Assembly (NCBI GenBank): GCA_029882975.1
Contig: JAOUJW010000014.1
Span: 3,814 to 67,813 of the forward strand
Length of the DNA: 64,000 bases
Source of the DNA: Gammaproteobacteria bacterium
Lineage (GTDB): Bacteria > Pseudomonadota > Gammaproteobacteria > SZUA-152
Direction: 5' to 3'
The position numbers were made by a program, and so were the translations under genes. The notes beneath the pieces are model-generated. The model did not search any database. It was not told the DNA's origin and was given only the letters and a program-made list of their open reading frames with translations. Numbering within the stretch: the stretch's first letter is position 1; every line of letters begins with the position of its first letter. Positions 51,729-60,141 of the stretch are shown piece by piece.

Positions 51729-51946
51729 TATGCCTGCCTATTCGTCAACAATCCATTTTAAAACTGTCCGATGGAAATGAATGAAGTGAAAGTATTATGA
51801 AGCAAGCGACTTGACCCCTAGGTCGTGACCCCTAGGTCCTTCCTTTTGGTATATGCCTGCCTATTCGTCAACAATCCATTTTAAAACTGTCCGATGGAAA
51901 TGAATGAAGTGAAAGTATTATGAAGCAAGCGACTTGACCCCTAGGT
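51721..51946. repeat. Direct duplication: a 103-bp perfect copy at a 123-bp period
   Basis: By manual comparison, 51721-51823 is identical to 51844-51946. Confidence 0.95.
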
Positions 51947-52014
51947 TCTCTTGACCCCTAGGTTCTAGGTCTGTTTTGACCCCTAGGTCTGAAGCAAGCG
52001 ACTTGACCCCTAGG
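51799..52014. repeat. Array of six TGACCCCTAGG motifs (three extended as GAAGCAAGCGACTTGACCCCTAGG)
   Basis: Motif starts are at 51812, 51826, 51935, 51952, 51977 and 52004. Each contains the palindrome CCTAGG. Confidence 0.9.
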
Positions 52015-52134
52015 CTAGGTCGTTCGCAGTGTGGTGCACTTCCAGATTGAATGTGGCTGTTTACTGTTCTCAATGGCTTTTATTGTACGAATCATTTTTC
52101 GTTTCTATGCCAAGGGCGGGTAATTGGAGACGCC

Positions 52135-52317
52135 TTAGTCAATCTCGAGGTTTTGCTTTTTCCTGCACGATTGAGTGGTTTCCGTACAGTCTTTTTGATG
52201 GCCAGTGCCGGTAATTCCACCTTCTTGATCGGTATTGGACACGGAAGCGCAAGCGGATATCAGCAGACAGGTTAATACCGCGATTGTGGCAAACAAATTA
52301 CGGTAGGTACATTTCAT
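52135..52317 (-). CDS. Small putative lipoprotein
   Basis: 60 aa with lipobox LLISACAS. It has an ATGA overlap with the upstream gene. Confidence 0.45.
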   Translation of the reverse strand: MKCTYRNLFATIAVLTCLLISACASVSNTDQEGGITGTGHQKDCTETTQSCRKKQNLEID

Positions 52318-53120
52318 TTGTTATGTTTCCCTTCAAAATAGTAAATGCCAATACCTATTCGGGCATAGCGTTTATGTTTGGATGCGTTTGATTTGGGGAT
52401 GGCGTATTTAGCAAGCAGGTTGTCCACTGATTCCAGATATTGCTGATTCCTTTCACTGAGAACGTGTTTCAGTGTCTCCAGGTCTGCTTCCGGGATAAAG
52501 TTGTAACTGACTTTTCTTTGGAAGCGAGGAGAGTCAATCTGTTTTAAATTGTGATCTATGGTGTCAATGAGGTCGGACACATCGCTGCCCAAGATGGTTA
52601 GTCTTTCAATTTCGTTGTTGTTGGCAATATAAGCTCGGTTGTTTAAGTGGATTAACCCGGTGGCAGTGGTTGATATGGCGTCCACACGGATGAGCTCGTC
52701 AGCAATGGTTCTTGCCGTGATATCACCACTATAGCTCTTAACCAGTGAACTAAAGCTGGTGTCTCCCTCAAAAGGTAGATCGGCAGGGCTGTTGTCTTTG
52801 TTCAGGTAAGCCTTGTCGCGCATCCAGGCGCTGATCACGCGTGCGGCACGGTTGATTTTGCTGGTATCCAAAGAGTCGCTTGGGGGTAGATTTTCCAGGC
52901 GTGCCACTTCTTTGCGTGACAAGCCGGTGAGCGTGGATATGCGTGAAGAGGTTTGTTTTCGTCCGGCAATGGCGAACTCTGTTTTAGCGACTTCGAAATA
53001 GGATTTTTTTGCAAGTTCTGAAAACGCGGAATAGGTAATACCGAAGCGCAGTAATAATTTAACTAAAGGGTTAAGGATATGTTGTAGCGCTTTGAGTGCG
53101 TTGCTAGCGGCATCAGCCAT
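52314..53120 (-). CDS. DUF6502-like protein with a probable HTH segment
   Basis: 268 aa. The segment LVKLLLRFGITYSAFSELAKKSYFEVA...RKQTSSRISTLTGLSRKEVARL matches my memory of DUF6502. I could not verify the family. Confidence 0.4.
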   Translation of the reverse strand: MADAASNALKALQHILNPLVKLLLRFGITYSAFSELAKKSYFEVAKTEFAIAGRKQTSSRISTLTGLSRKEVARLENLPPSDSLDTSKINRAARVISAWMRDKAYLNKDNSPADLPFEGDTSFSSLVKSYSGDITARTIADELIRVDAISTTATGLIHLNNRAYIANNNEIERLTILGSDVSDLIDTIDHNLKQIDSPRFQRKVSYNFIPEADLETLKHVLSERNQQYLESVDNLLAKYAIPKSNASKHKRYARIGIGIYYFEGKHNK

Positions 53121-53254
53121 TATTAGGTTCCAGGTGGTTTATGAGATGCTACACATTGTAACCGAAATGGGCTTGTTTTCCCATAATTATGGGACTATAC
53201 TCCCATTTATAAATGGGAAGAAGTTCCCATATTTGGCTGGAATTGGAGGTAAAT

Positions 53255-54694
53255 ATGCGTATTAACAATGGGTTACTGAGAAAGTTGCGAGATTTCAAGT
53301 TTCTGGGTTGGGTTTTTGTGTACCAAGGTTTTCTTGGTGGCTGCAGTACAGGTTCCATGCAGGTGGTTCAGCAAAGCCTGGAGCAGGATCGCATGGTTCC
53401 TGCGGCTGTAGTCGCACAGGAAGATTTTCTCAATCAATACAGCCATCCTTTACCGAGTCCCAAGCAATTATTGGATGTGGACCTGACATTGGAGCGTACC
53501 TCTGTGATGGCCGAAGGAGACCAAGTGTTTCTTCAGGTTGGCGTAGTTACCAAGCCTGCCGAGCTGCAATCGTTGGATTTACATATACTTGTGTTTAATC
53601 CGGATCACACGCCGCAAAATCAGCTGAAGCAAATGTACAATGTCATCCAAGCTGCGGTAGCCAATAAGCTACCGCAAGGATCCAGTCTCACGGTAGACAG
53701 CTTCCGCCCTATGGCGAAACTAACGCAAACGCAAACGCAAACGCAAACGCAAACGCAAACGCAAACGCAATTAATTGAAGGGCACAGTACCGGTTCACTG
53801 GTAGCTTTCGTCAAGCAATATGCGCGTCTACCGGAAAAGAGAGTGAAACAACACTATATCCTTATGCTGGGTGATATGAGTGAATCACAGGAGCAACTGC
53901 AAAACGTCGTGGATCTAGCCTCTGTGCTTCGGGTTAAAGGTGCCGGAATGTCTGTTTTTTCCGTCGCGGAAAAACCGGAGGTCAGTTTTGCCAGTCAATT
54001 GGCTGCCAATGGCAAGGGGCAGGCATCGTTCTTGACGGAAACATTCAATTACCAGGCTTGGTTACAAGAAGAGATATACCGCATCAGTGCCGGCGACATT
54101 ACTGATATTCAGGTGCACATCCAAACCAAATTCGGTGCAACTGTGGCGGAAATAACGTCTCCCTATGCGCCCGTCCAAGCAACAACAGAGTATGTACATA
54201 CAATAGAGAACATGGTGCAGGGCGAGCAGTTTATTATTATGGCCCGGATCAATACGCCGGTCTACGATGCCACAACCTATAACGAAATAGTTGCCGTAGA
54301 AGTGCAATATTTCGACTCGCGCAAGCGTTCGTACGGGAAAATTCGCAAAACCGCTCAAGTGGACTATGTGCTGGACCGCAATCGTGTATTTGACCGAAAC
54401 TGGTTGGTGGAAAGGTCACTGTTGATACTGGAAACTCAGAAAACGCTCGCGGAACTGGAGCCGTTAATTTGGCAAAAACGATACTACAAAGCCGTTGCCA
54501 AACTCAATGAGCACGCTGGGAACCTGTCACGCTACCTTCAAAAGCATAAAGATGATCAGCTGCAACGAGACGTAAGTATCTTGAATGCATACTCTGAACG
54601 TTTGTATGATTTCTCCGAGAAAGCGTTTCAGTCTTTCCGAATTTGGAAAGACCTGTCCTGGGACAAAAATCGTTTAACGGACGAGTATCTTTGA
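53255..54694 (+). CDS. Lipoprotein, YfbK-like (vWA-related) architecture, with a (TQ)8 linker
   Basis: The ATG at 53255 follows GGAGG, with lipobox FLGGCSTGS. The N-terminal QEDFLNQYSHPLPSP resembles the YfbK-type vWF N-terminal motif. The family assignment is tentative. Confidence 0.45.
   Translation: MRINNGLLRKLRDFKFLGWVFVYQGFLGGCSTGSMQVVQQSLEQDRMVPAAVVAQEDFLNQYSHPLPSPKQLLDVDLTLERTSVMAEGDQVFLQVGVVTKPAELQSLDLHILVFNPDHTPQNQLKQMYNVIQAAVANKLPQGSSLTVDSFRPMAKLTQTQTQTQTQTQTQTQLIEGHSTGSLVAFVKQYARLPEKRVKQHYILMLGDMSESQEQLQNVVDLASVLRVKGAGMSVFSVAEKPEVSFASQLAANGKGQASFLTETFNYQAWLQEEIYRISAGDITDIQVHIQTKFGATVAEITSPYAPVQATTEYVHTIENMVQGEQFIIMARINTPVYDATTYNEIVAVEVQYFDSRKRSYGKIRKTAQVDYVLDRNRVFDRNWLVERSLLILETQKTLAELEPLIWQKRYYKAVAKLNEHAGNLSRYLQKHKDDQLQRDVSILNAYSERLYDFSEKAFQSFRIWKDLSWDKNRLTDEYL
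53723..53770 (+). repeat. Hexanucleotide microsatellite (ACGCAA)x8, in frame
   Basis: There are eight perfect units. They encode TQTQTQTQTQTQTQTQ. Confidence 0.95.
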
Positions 54695-54822
54695 GCTGGG
54701 TTATAGAGAGGCCGGCTTTTTGCGGTCGAATCTATTGAAAAACAAGCCTGACCTTTAAGGTCTCCACCATACCCTGATCCTATTTTATGGTCGAAGTGAC
54801 GCAATGAGTGATTGTCGCCACA

Positions 54823-56076
54823 CTAAACGCCAAGAGATTTCTTCTGGCGTTTGCCTGGGGCTCGCACATTGAATACGGGTTCTTTGGGATTACGGATTGC
54901 AAGCTCTAACGCGGCGGCGGCTCGCTGGCGCTGGTTGCCGGTTTTTAAAATGTTGCGGCAATGTGGTTCCGTTATTGGGCTACCGGCTAGATAGCGCGTT
55001 CCTTCGATAAAGTTGGATTTATTCGCTTTCCACCAGAGACTGACCAGTGCAGGCTCCGGCCAAGGCAGGTCTTCATCCGGGTCCATGGCAACGTTTGGGT
55101 CTTTGGGGTCTTCGGTAGGGCCGGTTTCCAGTCCTTCGGGCCAATCGGCTTCAAAATTGTGTTCTTCCAGGTCAACTCCGGTAATCATGCTGAAGGCTTC
55201 GCCGGCAACTCTTGCCACTTCCTGGTCCGCCATTTGTTTGATAATCCAAGGGATGTACATTGGGTCGCCAATAATCCCGGCGCCGATAAGCAGGTGACGC
55301 AAGGTATCCGGGAACTGAGACAGAGACTGTAACCAACTCTGTGCGGTGGGTACATCCAATGCTCTAAGAGACAATTGCAGGGTGCGCTCAAAATGCGGTG
55401 AATCCATCACGAAAAACGGCAATAGATTGTTTATTAAAGATAAGTTACCCAGGAGTATGGATGACCAAGCCGACCAAAACCGGTTAGCCTCGTTGTCGCA
55501 ATGAAAAAATTCTTCCAGGTCGGGTTTTAGGTCCTGGCGCTTTAGTTCGCCAACGGCTCGAATAGCGCGTGCTTGGATCAAAGGATACGGATCATGTATG
55601 GCCTGGTTCAGAATTTCTCCTGGGTCGGCTCGGTGCACAGCGTACGCGGCGATGCTCAAATAGCGGTAAGGGTCCGCGTTTGCGTTTGCCATGCTGTGGA
55701 GCATGGATTCGATTTTTTTAAAAGGAATCCATCCTAGAGCCGACACCAGTGCTTTAAGGTTTTCCAGAGTATGTGCGCCTTTGGAAATGACGTAATCGAT
55801 TTGATCGCCTTTGCCACTTTCAAAAGCCAAAAGCGCTGCCTGAAATACTTCACCGGGTTCCTCTTTTTCCAGAGCCTGAAGGCACATTTCCCAAGCGGGG
55901 CTTCCGGCAATTCGTATACCGCCGAGAGCGGCATCCACCCGCTGGTCCAATTTCGCTAGATCGTCCAGGTTGCAGTGGGGTTCGTTTACGGCAGAAGCGC
56001 GAAGCAGCCACAGAAACGCGCAGTCATCCACATACTGATTAATAATAGCGGGAATGATCGGTGTTTCTTTTTTCAT
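54823..56076 (-). CDS. TIGR02270-like (HEAT-like repeat) protein, last gene of the vgrG island
   Basis: 417 aa. The N-terminus INQYVDDCAFLWLLRASAV...LAKLDQRVDAALGGIRIAG matches my memory of the TIGR02270 family. Confidence 0.45.
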   Translation of the reverse strand: MKKETPIIPAIINQYVDDCAFLWLLRASAVNEPHCNLDDLAKLDQRVDAALGGIRIAGSPAWEMCLQALEKEEPGEVFQAALLAFESGKGDQIDYVISKGAHTLENLKALVSALGWIPFKKIESMLHSMANANADPYRYLSIAAYAVHRADPGEILNQAIHDPYPLIQARAIRAVGELKRQDLKPDLEEFFHCDNEANRFWSAWSSILLGNLSLINNLLPFFVMDSPHFERTLQLSLRALDVPTAQSWLQSLSQFPDTLRHLLIGAGIIGDPMYIPWIIKQMADQEVARVAGEAFSMITGVDLEEHNFEADWPEGLETGPTEDPKDPNVAMDPDEDLPWPEPALVSLWWKANKSNFIEGTRYLAGSPITEPHCRNILKTGNQRQRAAAALELAIRNPKEPVFNVRAPGKRQKKSLGV

Positions 56077-56186
56077 GGTGTCAGCGTTTTACTAAATTGT
56101 CCCCATTATACTTCGATACGGGTTTCTTATAGTAATCTCGGGGGATCGAGAGTTTTTCAATATCTGCTCCATTTGCAGTATCCGCA

Positions 56187-57668
56187 CTACGAATCGTTTT
56201 TACAGCTTTCCAGTAAACCCCAGCGCGTCAAAATGTCCACCGTTTGATCGACTGAGCCAATCTTAAAGTCTGCCTGTATTTCTTTGCTGGTTACGGTTCC
56301 GTCCAGGGTCCTAGCTATTTCCAGCATGTGGCTATCCAACTGCAGGGGAAGGTGGTAGGGGGTGGTCAACGGTCTGCCGCAGTCGAGTTCGTAGCGGGCC
56401 AGGGCGTGGAGTTTTGGCTTTGAAGGAGCCAGCGTATACTGTGGCGGTTCCCAAAGGCGTAAATCCACCACGCCGGACTCAAATAAAATCTTCAGCTCCT
56501 CTAATAATTGCGATCGCGCGTCGTGCTCGACCTCGTAGTCATGGGCATTGAGGAGTTTGCAGGCTTCGCTAAATAGTCGATCCAACTTCATACCAAAAGG
56601 CCATTGGGCTGAAAGCAACAGTACAGCGGATTTGGTAATTGCTGCGTCCAAAGTGATCTCTTGCTCCTGTTGTCCCAGGAAAGGTTGCACCAAGCCATGG
56701 GTGAGGTCTATTGGATCGTTTGTGGGTCGTAAGCAGGTGGCAATATAAACTCTACCCATCAAGGTGTCGCGATCAACGGGTGACTTTAGTGCATCTTTGC
56801 GGCACAAAATAGACGCGTGAAAAAAACGTCCGCAAAGTAAATCGGCTCTTTCTTCCTGTTCCACTTGGGAGAGATTTTGTTTGGCAAGCGATTGTTTTAG
56901 GGATCGCGGTATCTGGCCCTCTGGGCGGCAAAATTGTGCGTCGGCAACATAATCTAATCCGTATTTATTTGCTTGTTCGACGAATTCGCTTAGCCAAAAG
57001 CCGTCGTTGTATTCTGTTAGGTATTCGTGGAAAACATAATACTCTTCTGATTGGATAACATGTTCCAGTTCTGTAGCTAATAGTTCTCCATGTGCGTAGT
57101 TTCTGGGAAGGTCGTTTTTTAGCTTTGAGGCTAGTTCTTTGGCTATTTTGGCCTTGCTTTTAATGGAGGTATTCTTGGTTTCTGGAAACGTTAGGAAAAT
57201 GTCCCTTATAAGTCTTCGAGTAGTCCACCCAGGTTGAGCATTGTAAGAGATATAAGCCAACCCGTCAGAGGCTAGAGTGTCCTGGCAGAATCTTAGAACC
57301 GCTTCTTTTGTCTTATTCGGGACCCAAGAAAAAAGTCCATGTGCAATGATGTAATCGTTTTCGGTAGATTCAGAAGGTTTCAGATTGCATATGTCTCTGA
57401 GCAAAAAATTGATGTTCTTCAATCCAAGTAGGCTCGCCGAGTAACGCGCATCCGCTATCGCTCGTTTGGATAAATCGATTCCTGTGAAATTACTATTTGG
57501 ATGATAGAAGGCCAAAGCCAAAAGGTTTGCTCCATTTCCACACCCAAGTTCTGATATGTGGATCTTCTTTTGGAATTGTTGGATGTGGGTATTCTTATTT
57601 GCGCATAATGCTAAATGTATGGGAAGTGAGTTAGGTATGATCTTGCTCTGATAATATGCTGTATGCAC
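56187..57668 (-). CDS. Class I SAM-dependent methyltransferase with a C-terminal methyltransferase-regulatory-type domain
   Basis: 493 aa. Motif I is ISELGCGNGANLLALA, followed by FTGIDLS. The long C-terminal domain resembles the regulatory domain paired with Methyltransf_12. Confidence 0.75.
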   Translation of the reverse strand: MHTAYYQSKIIPNSLPIHLALCANKNTHIQQFQKKIHISELGCGNGANLLALAFYHPNSNFTGIDLSKRAIADARYSASLLGLKNINFLLRDICNLKPSESTENDYIIAHGLFSWVPNKTKEAVLRFCQDTLASDGLAYISYNAQPGWTTRRLIRDIFLTFPETKNTSIKSKAKIAKELASKLKNDLPRNYAHGELLATELEHVIQSEEYYVFHEYLTEYNDGFWLSEFVEQANKYGLDYVADAQFCRPEGQIPRSLKQSLAKQNLSQVEQEERADLLCGRFFHASILCRKDALKSPVDRDTLMGRVYIATCLRPTNDPIDLTHGLVQPFLGQQEQEITLDAAITKSAVLLLSAQWPFGMKLDRLFSEACKLLNAHDYEVEHDARSQLLEELKILFESGVVDLRLWEPPQYTLAPSKPKLHALARYELDCGRPLTTPYHLPLQLDSHMLEIARTLDGTVTSKEIQADFKIGSVDQTVDILTRWGLLESCKNDS

Positions 57669-57671
57669 AGT

Positions 57672-58346
57672 CTAAGCACTTACTGCGGCTGGGTTAAGGA
57701 TATCAATATCTTCATTAAACAGCTCGTTGAATAATAGCTGAACGAGCGTAAAATCTTCCCGGTCCTCACCTATACATAGTTCTTTATTTGTAATGTTTCT
57801 AGGAAGGCGTATGCTTAACGACTCTTGATGAATCGGATGAAATCCACTTCCTTTAAAATATAATTCACATGCCAAGATCACAGGCAAGAAATCATTTAAC
57901 CGATCGTTCGCTGGAGTGCATTCTATCCAGTTTTGATTAGATTTATCAATTTCCCACTTTTCGATTGCCATCAAGTACACTGGGGATATTACGCTTATTT
58001 CCACTACTAACACCCAAATCGGTTTTCCCAACTTATTAAGTAATTCTATATCGTTGCCGGTAAATACTGCTCCCTCAGTAAGCAAAATCTTAATTTCTGC
58101 GGACCATTTTCCTTCCTCGAAACCTATTATGTCGTTGTATTTGTAATCAAGGCTTGCGATTTCACTTTCGAGAAACTCTCTAAAAGGCGTTAGTATTTGA
58201 TCGCATCGTTCACGCAATTGTGTTTGTATCGATTCTACTTCGTCATTTGGAGTGGTGGGGCGCAATAGAGGTTTGAGGCGTTGCCGAATGTCATTGTATA
58301 AATGTTCGTTATCGATTCCATCGACTATGTTCGAATCTTGTTTCAT
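57672..58346 (-). CDS. Hypothetical 224-aa protein; candidate immunity or accessory protein
   Basis: Its start codon overlaps the stop of the PAAR-like gene by 1 nt. It has no signal peptide or TM segment, and I recognised no family. Confidence 0.4.
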   Translation of the reverse strand: MKQDSNIVDGIDNEHLYNDIRQRLKPLLRPTTPNDEVESIQTQLRERCDQILTPFREFLESEIASLDYKYNDIIGFEEGKWSAEIKILLTEGAVFTGNDIELLNKLGKPIWVLVVEISVISPVYLMAIEKWEIDKSNQNWIECTPANDRLNDFLPVILACELYFKGSGFHPIHQESLSIRLPRNITNKELCIGEDREDFTLVQLLFNELFNEDIDILNPAAVSA

Positions 58347-59083
58347 TAGTGCCTACCTCGTCTTTGACTCGATTTGAGTTTGTCAATTTTATCAGAAGCT
58401 TGTTTTGTAAGTTTGATTACGACCTTTGAGCTTTTATCATTTTGACCCGCGAGTTCGCATAATGTCTTATCGAAGTCATCTGAGGTTACATCTTTTTGTT
58501 TTCGAAAAGTGCCTAAGCCTTCTTTTATTAGTTCCGAAGGTTTTTTGTCACCTTTTTCATTGAGATTTCCTAAGTTTTTATGATGTTGGCCACACTTCGA
58601 ACATTTGGGAGGTTCTTTTTTTTCTGCTTCAGTTTCGGTTGCGCTTGTTTCTGGATCTTGAATATCTCCCATCATAGTTGCTGAATTGGCTGGAGTGCCA
58701 CTACCCCCACCATTGTTTGTCATTATATCTGCCAATAGGTGTACATTTTTCCCTTCAAACTTTACGTCCATTGAGCCTGGGCTTATAAATTTGCAAGGTC
58801 CATGCGTGTTTGCGGATACTAGGCCACCACCCGTCCCTTTGCTGGCCATATCCCCTATGCTTTTGAAGCTTGCACCTTTCACCGCCACCGTCTTTTTTTC
58901 GACTTTGACTTTCTTTGTGTATCCTTTTGGGCTATCGCCGGACTTTCCAATATTGGGAAGAGGTGCGGGTACAAATGGTGCCGGTGGGCCTGGCATTTTG
59001 CACACATTGGGTAATGTAGCAGTTGCTATGCCGTTGCTGCCTTTAGTAACGGGAGTTTTTGGAGGGTTGACGCCAACACTCAT
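58346..59083 (-). CDS. DUF4150 PAAR-like protein with a C-terminal extension (candidate T6SS effector)
   Basis: 245 aa. The N-terminal ~125 aa are VTKGSNGIATATLPNVCKMPGPPAPFVPAPLPNIG...VKFEGKNVHLLADIMTNNGG, the DUF4150 pattern. An acidic linker and an 87-aa Lys-rich tail follow. Confidence 0.7.
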   Translation of the reverse strand: MSVGVNPPKTPVTKGSNGIATATLPNVCKMPGPPAPFVPAPLPNIGKSGDSPKGYTKKVKVEKKTVAVKGASFKSIGDMASKGTGGGLVSANTHGPCKFISPGSMDVKFEGKNVHLLADIMTNNGGGSGTPANSATMMGDIQDPETSATETEAEKKEPPKCSKCGQHHKNLGNLNEKGDKKPSELIKEGLGTFRKQKDVTSDDFDKTLCELAGQNDKSSKVVIKLTKQASDKIDKLKSSQRRGRH

Positions 59084-60141
59084 TATGCGGCTTCCTCAAG
59101 GGGTAAGTTTAATAATGTGGCGGCTCGTGTTCCTGCTTCGGAACTGTTCCAAATCAAGTAATGGTTTCCCTTTGCGCTTGATTGTAAGCCTGCAACCACC
59201 GCCAAAATAACAAATAAGGGGGCGGATGCTGCGCCCATGTCTCCCCAGCAACTGGCTGGGATTTCATAATCCGTTGGGTCGACGAAAGACTCTGCCAGTC
59301 TTAAAAGGGTGAAGCCCCATTCTTCGCCTCGATAGCGTTCTCCGTTTATGTCGCAGATGATGCCCTCTACCATAGCGTTTATGGAATTCAATGTTGACAC
59401 GGTGTTTCTAATGGATTCTGTCAGGCCGTCTCCGGTGCAGACTGAGTCGGTTTTAATCAAGTTCTGTTCTATGGCAATGCTGGGGTATTGGATGGTTGCC
59501 AATGAATTTAGGTTGAGGCGTTTTACAACGGACTCTGGAGCTATGGCAAACGCACCTGCGCCTTCCCCTGGAAAGAACGCGCCCCGGTGGTAGGAAGTAG
59601 CCAGTTGCTTGTTGTCGTCCAGCCATCCCAGTGTGTCTATGTTGATATAACTATCCACGCCTGCGACGATGCAAACATGCGCTTTCCCGGAATGGAGTTC
59701 ATCACAGGCTTTTTGTAGTGCGCACAAGCCTGCTGCGTGTCCCTTACTGACCGGTTTGATTTTTTCCAGCGTAAACGCATAGTCTTCCTGCGCCAGCGCC
59801 AGGCAAACGGCTTGCGCATTTTCTGGGTTCCAGCCCGGTCTGGGTTCTGGTAAACCTAAATAAACCGGAACGCTTTGTACTTTTGCTTGTATGGGTTCCA
59901 ATTGTTCAAACAATTCGTCCAAGGCGGATTTGGCCAGCTGTTTGAAGCGTTCCAGGTTGGGTAAGTCCGGTTCGAGGATATGGTCTTGGGCCAGTAGTAC
60001 CGGTTCTCCAATTCTGTCAACGATAAAGGGATGTTCTTCAAATCTGGTGATGTTAGCGCTCACGGCAGCGCAGCTCGATGCGGCGTCCAGGCCCAGCGGC
60101 GTGCGGGCTCCATAGGCGATGATGTGAATCGGTTCACTCAT
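59083..60141 (-). CDS. Thiolase-fold (beta-ketoacyl synthase-like) protein, apparently non-catalytic
   Basis: 352 aa. It has KAS-like segments (IIAYGARTPLG, VCIVAGVDS, GDMGAASAP). It is translationally coupled on both sides. Confidence 0.6.
   Translation of the reverse strand: MSEPIHIIAYGARTPLGLDAASSCAAVSANITRFEEHPFIVDRIGEPVLLAQDHILEPDLPNLERFKQLAKSALDELFEQLEPIQAKVQSVPVYLGLPEPRPGWNPENAQAVCLALAQEDYAFTLEKIKPVSKGHAAGLCALQKACDELHSGKAHVCIVAGVDSYINIDTLGWLDDNKQLATSYHRGAFFPGEGAGAFAIAPESVVKRLNLNSLATIQYPSIAIEQNLIKTDSVCTGDGLTESIRNTVSTLNSINAMVEGIICDINGERYRGEEWGFTLLRLAESFVDPTDYEIPASCWGDMGAASAPLFVILAVVAGLQSSAKGNHYLIWNSSEAGTRAATLLNLPLEEAA

Noticed and set aside
51721-52020. CRISPR array
   Set aside because: The repeats are only 11-24 bp with irregular spacing. 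Two of the apparent spacers are identical because the region is a 103-bp duplication. No cas genes are nearby.
53620-53814. 64-aa minus-strand ORF containing a (CV)n run
   Set aside because: It is the antisense reading of the ACGCAA microsatellite inside the lipoprotein gene.
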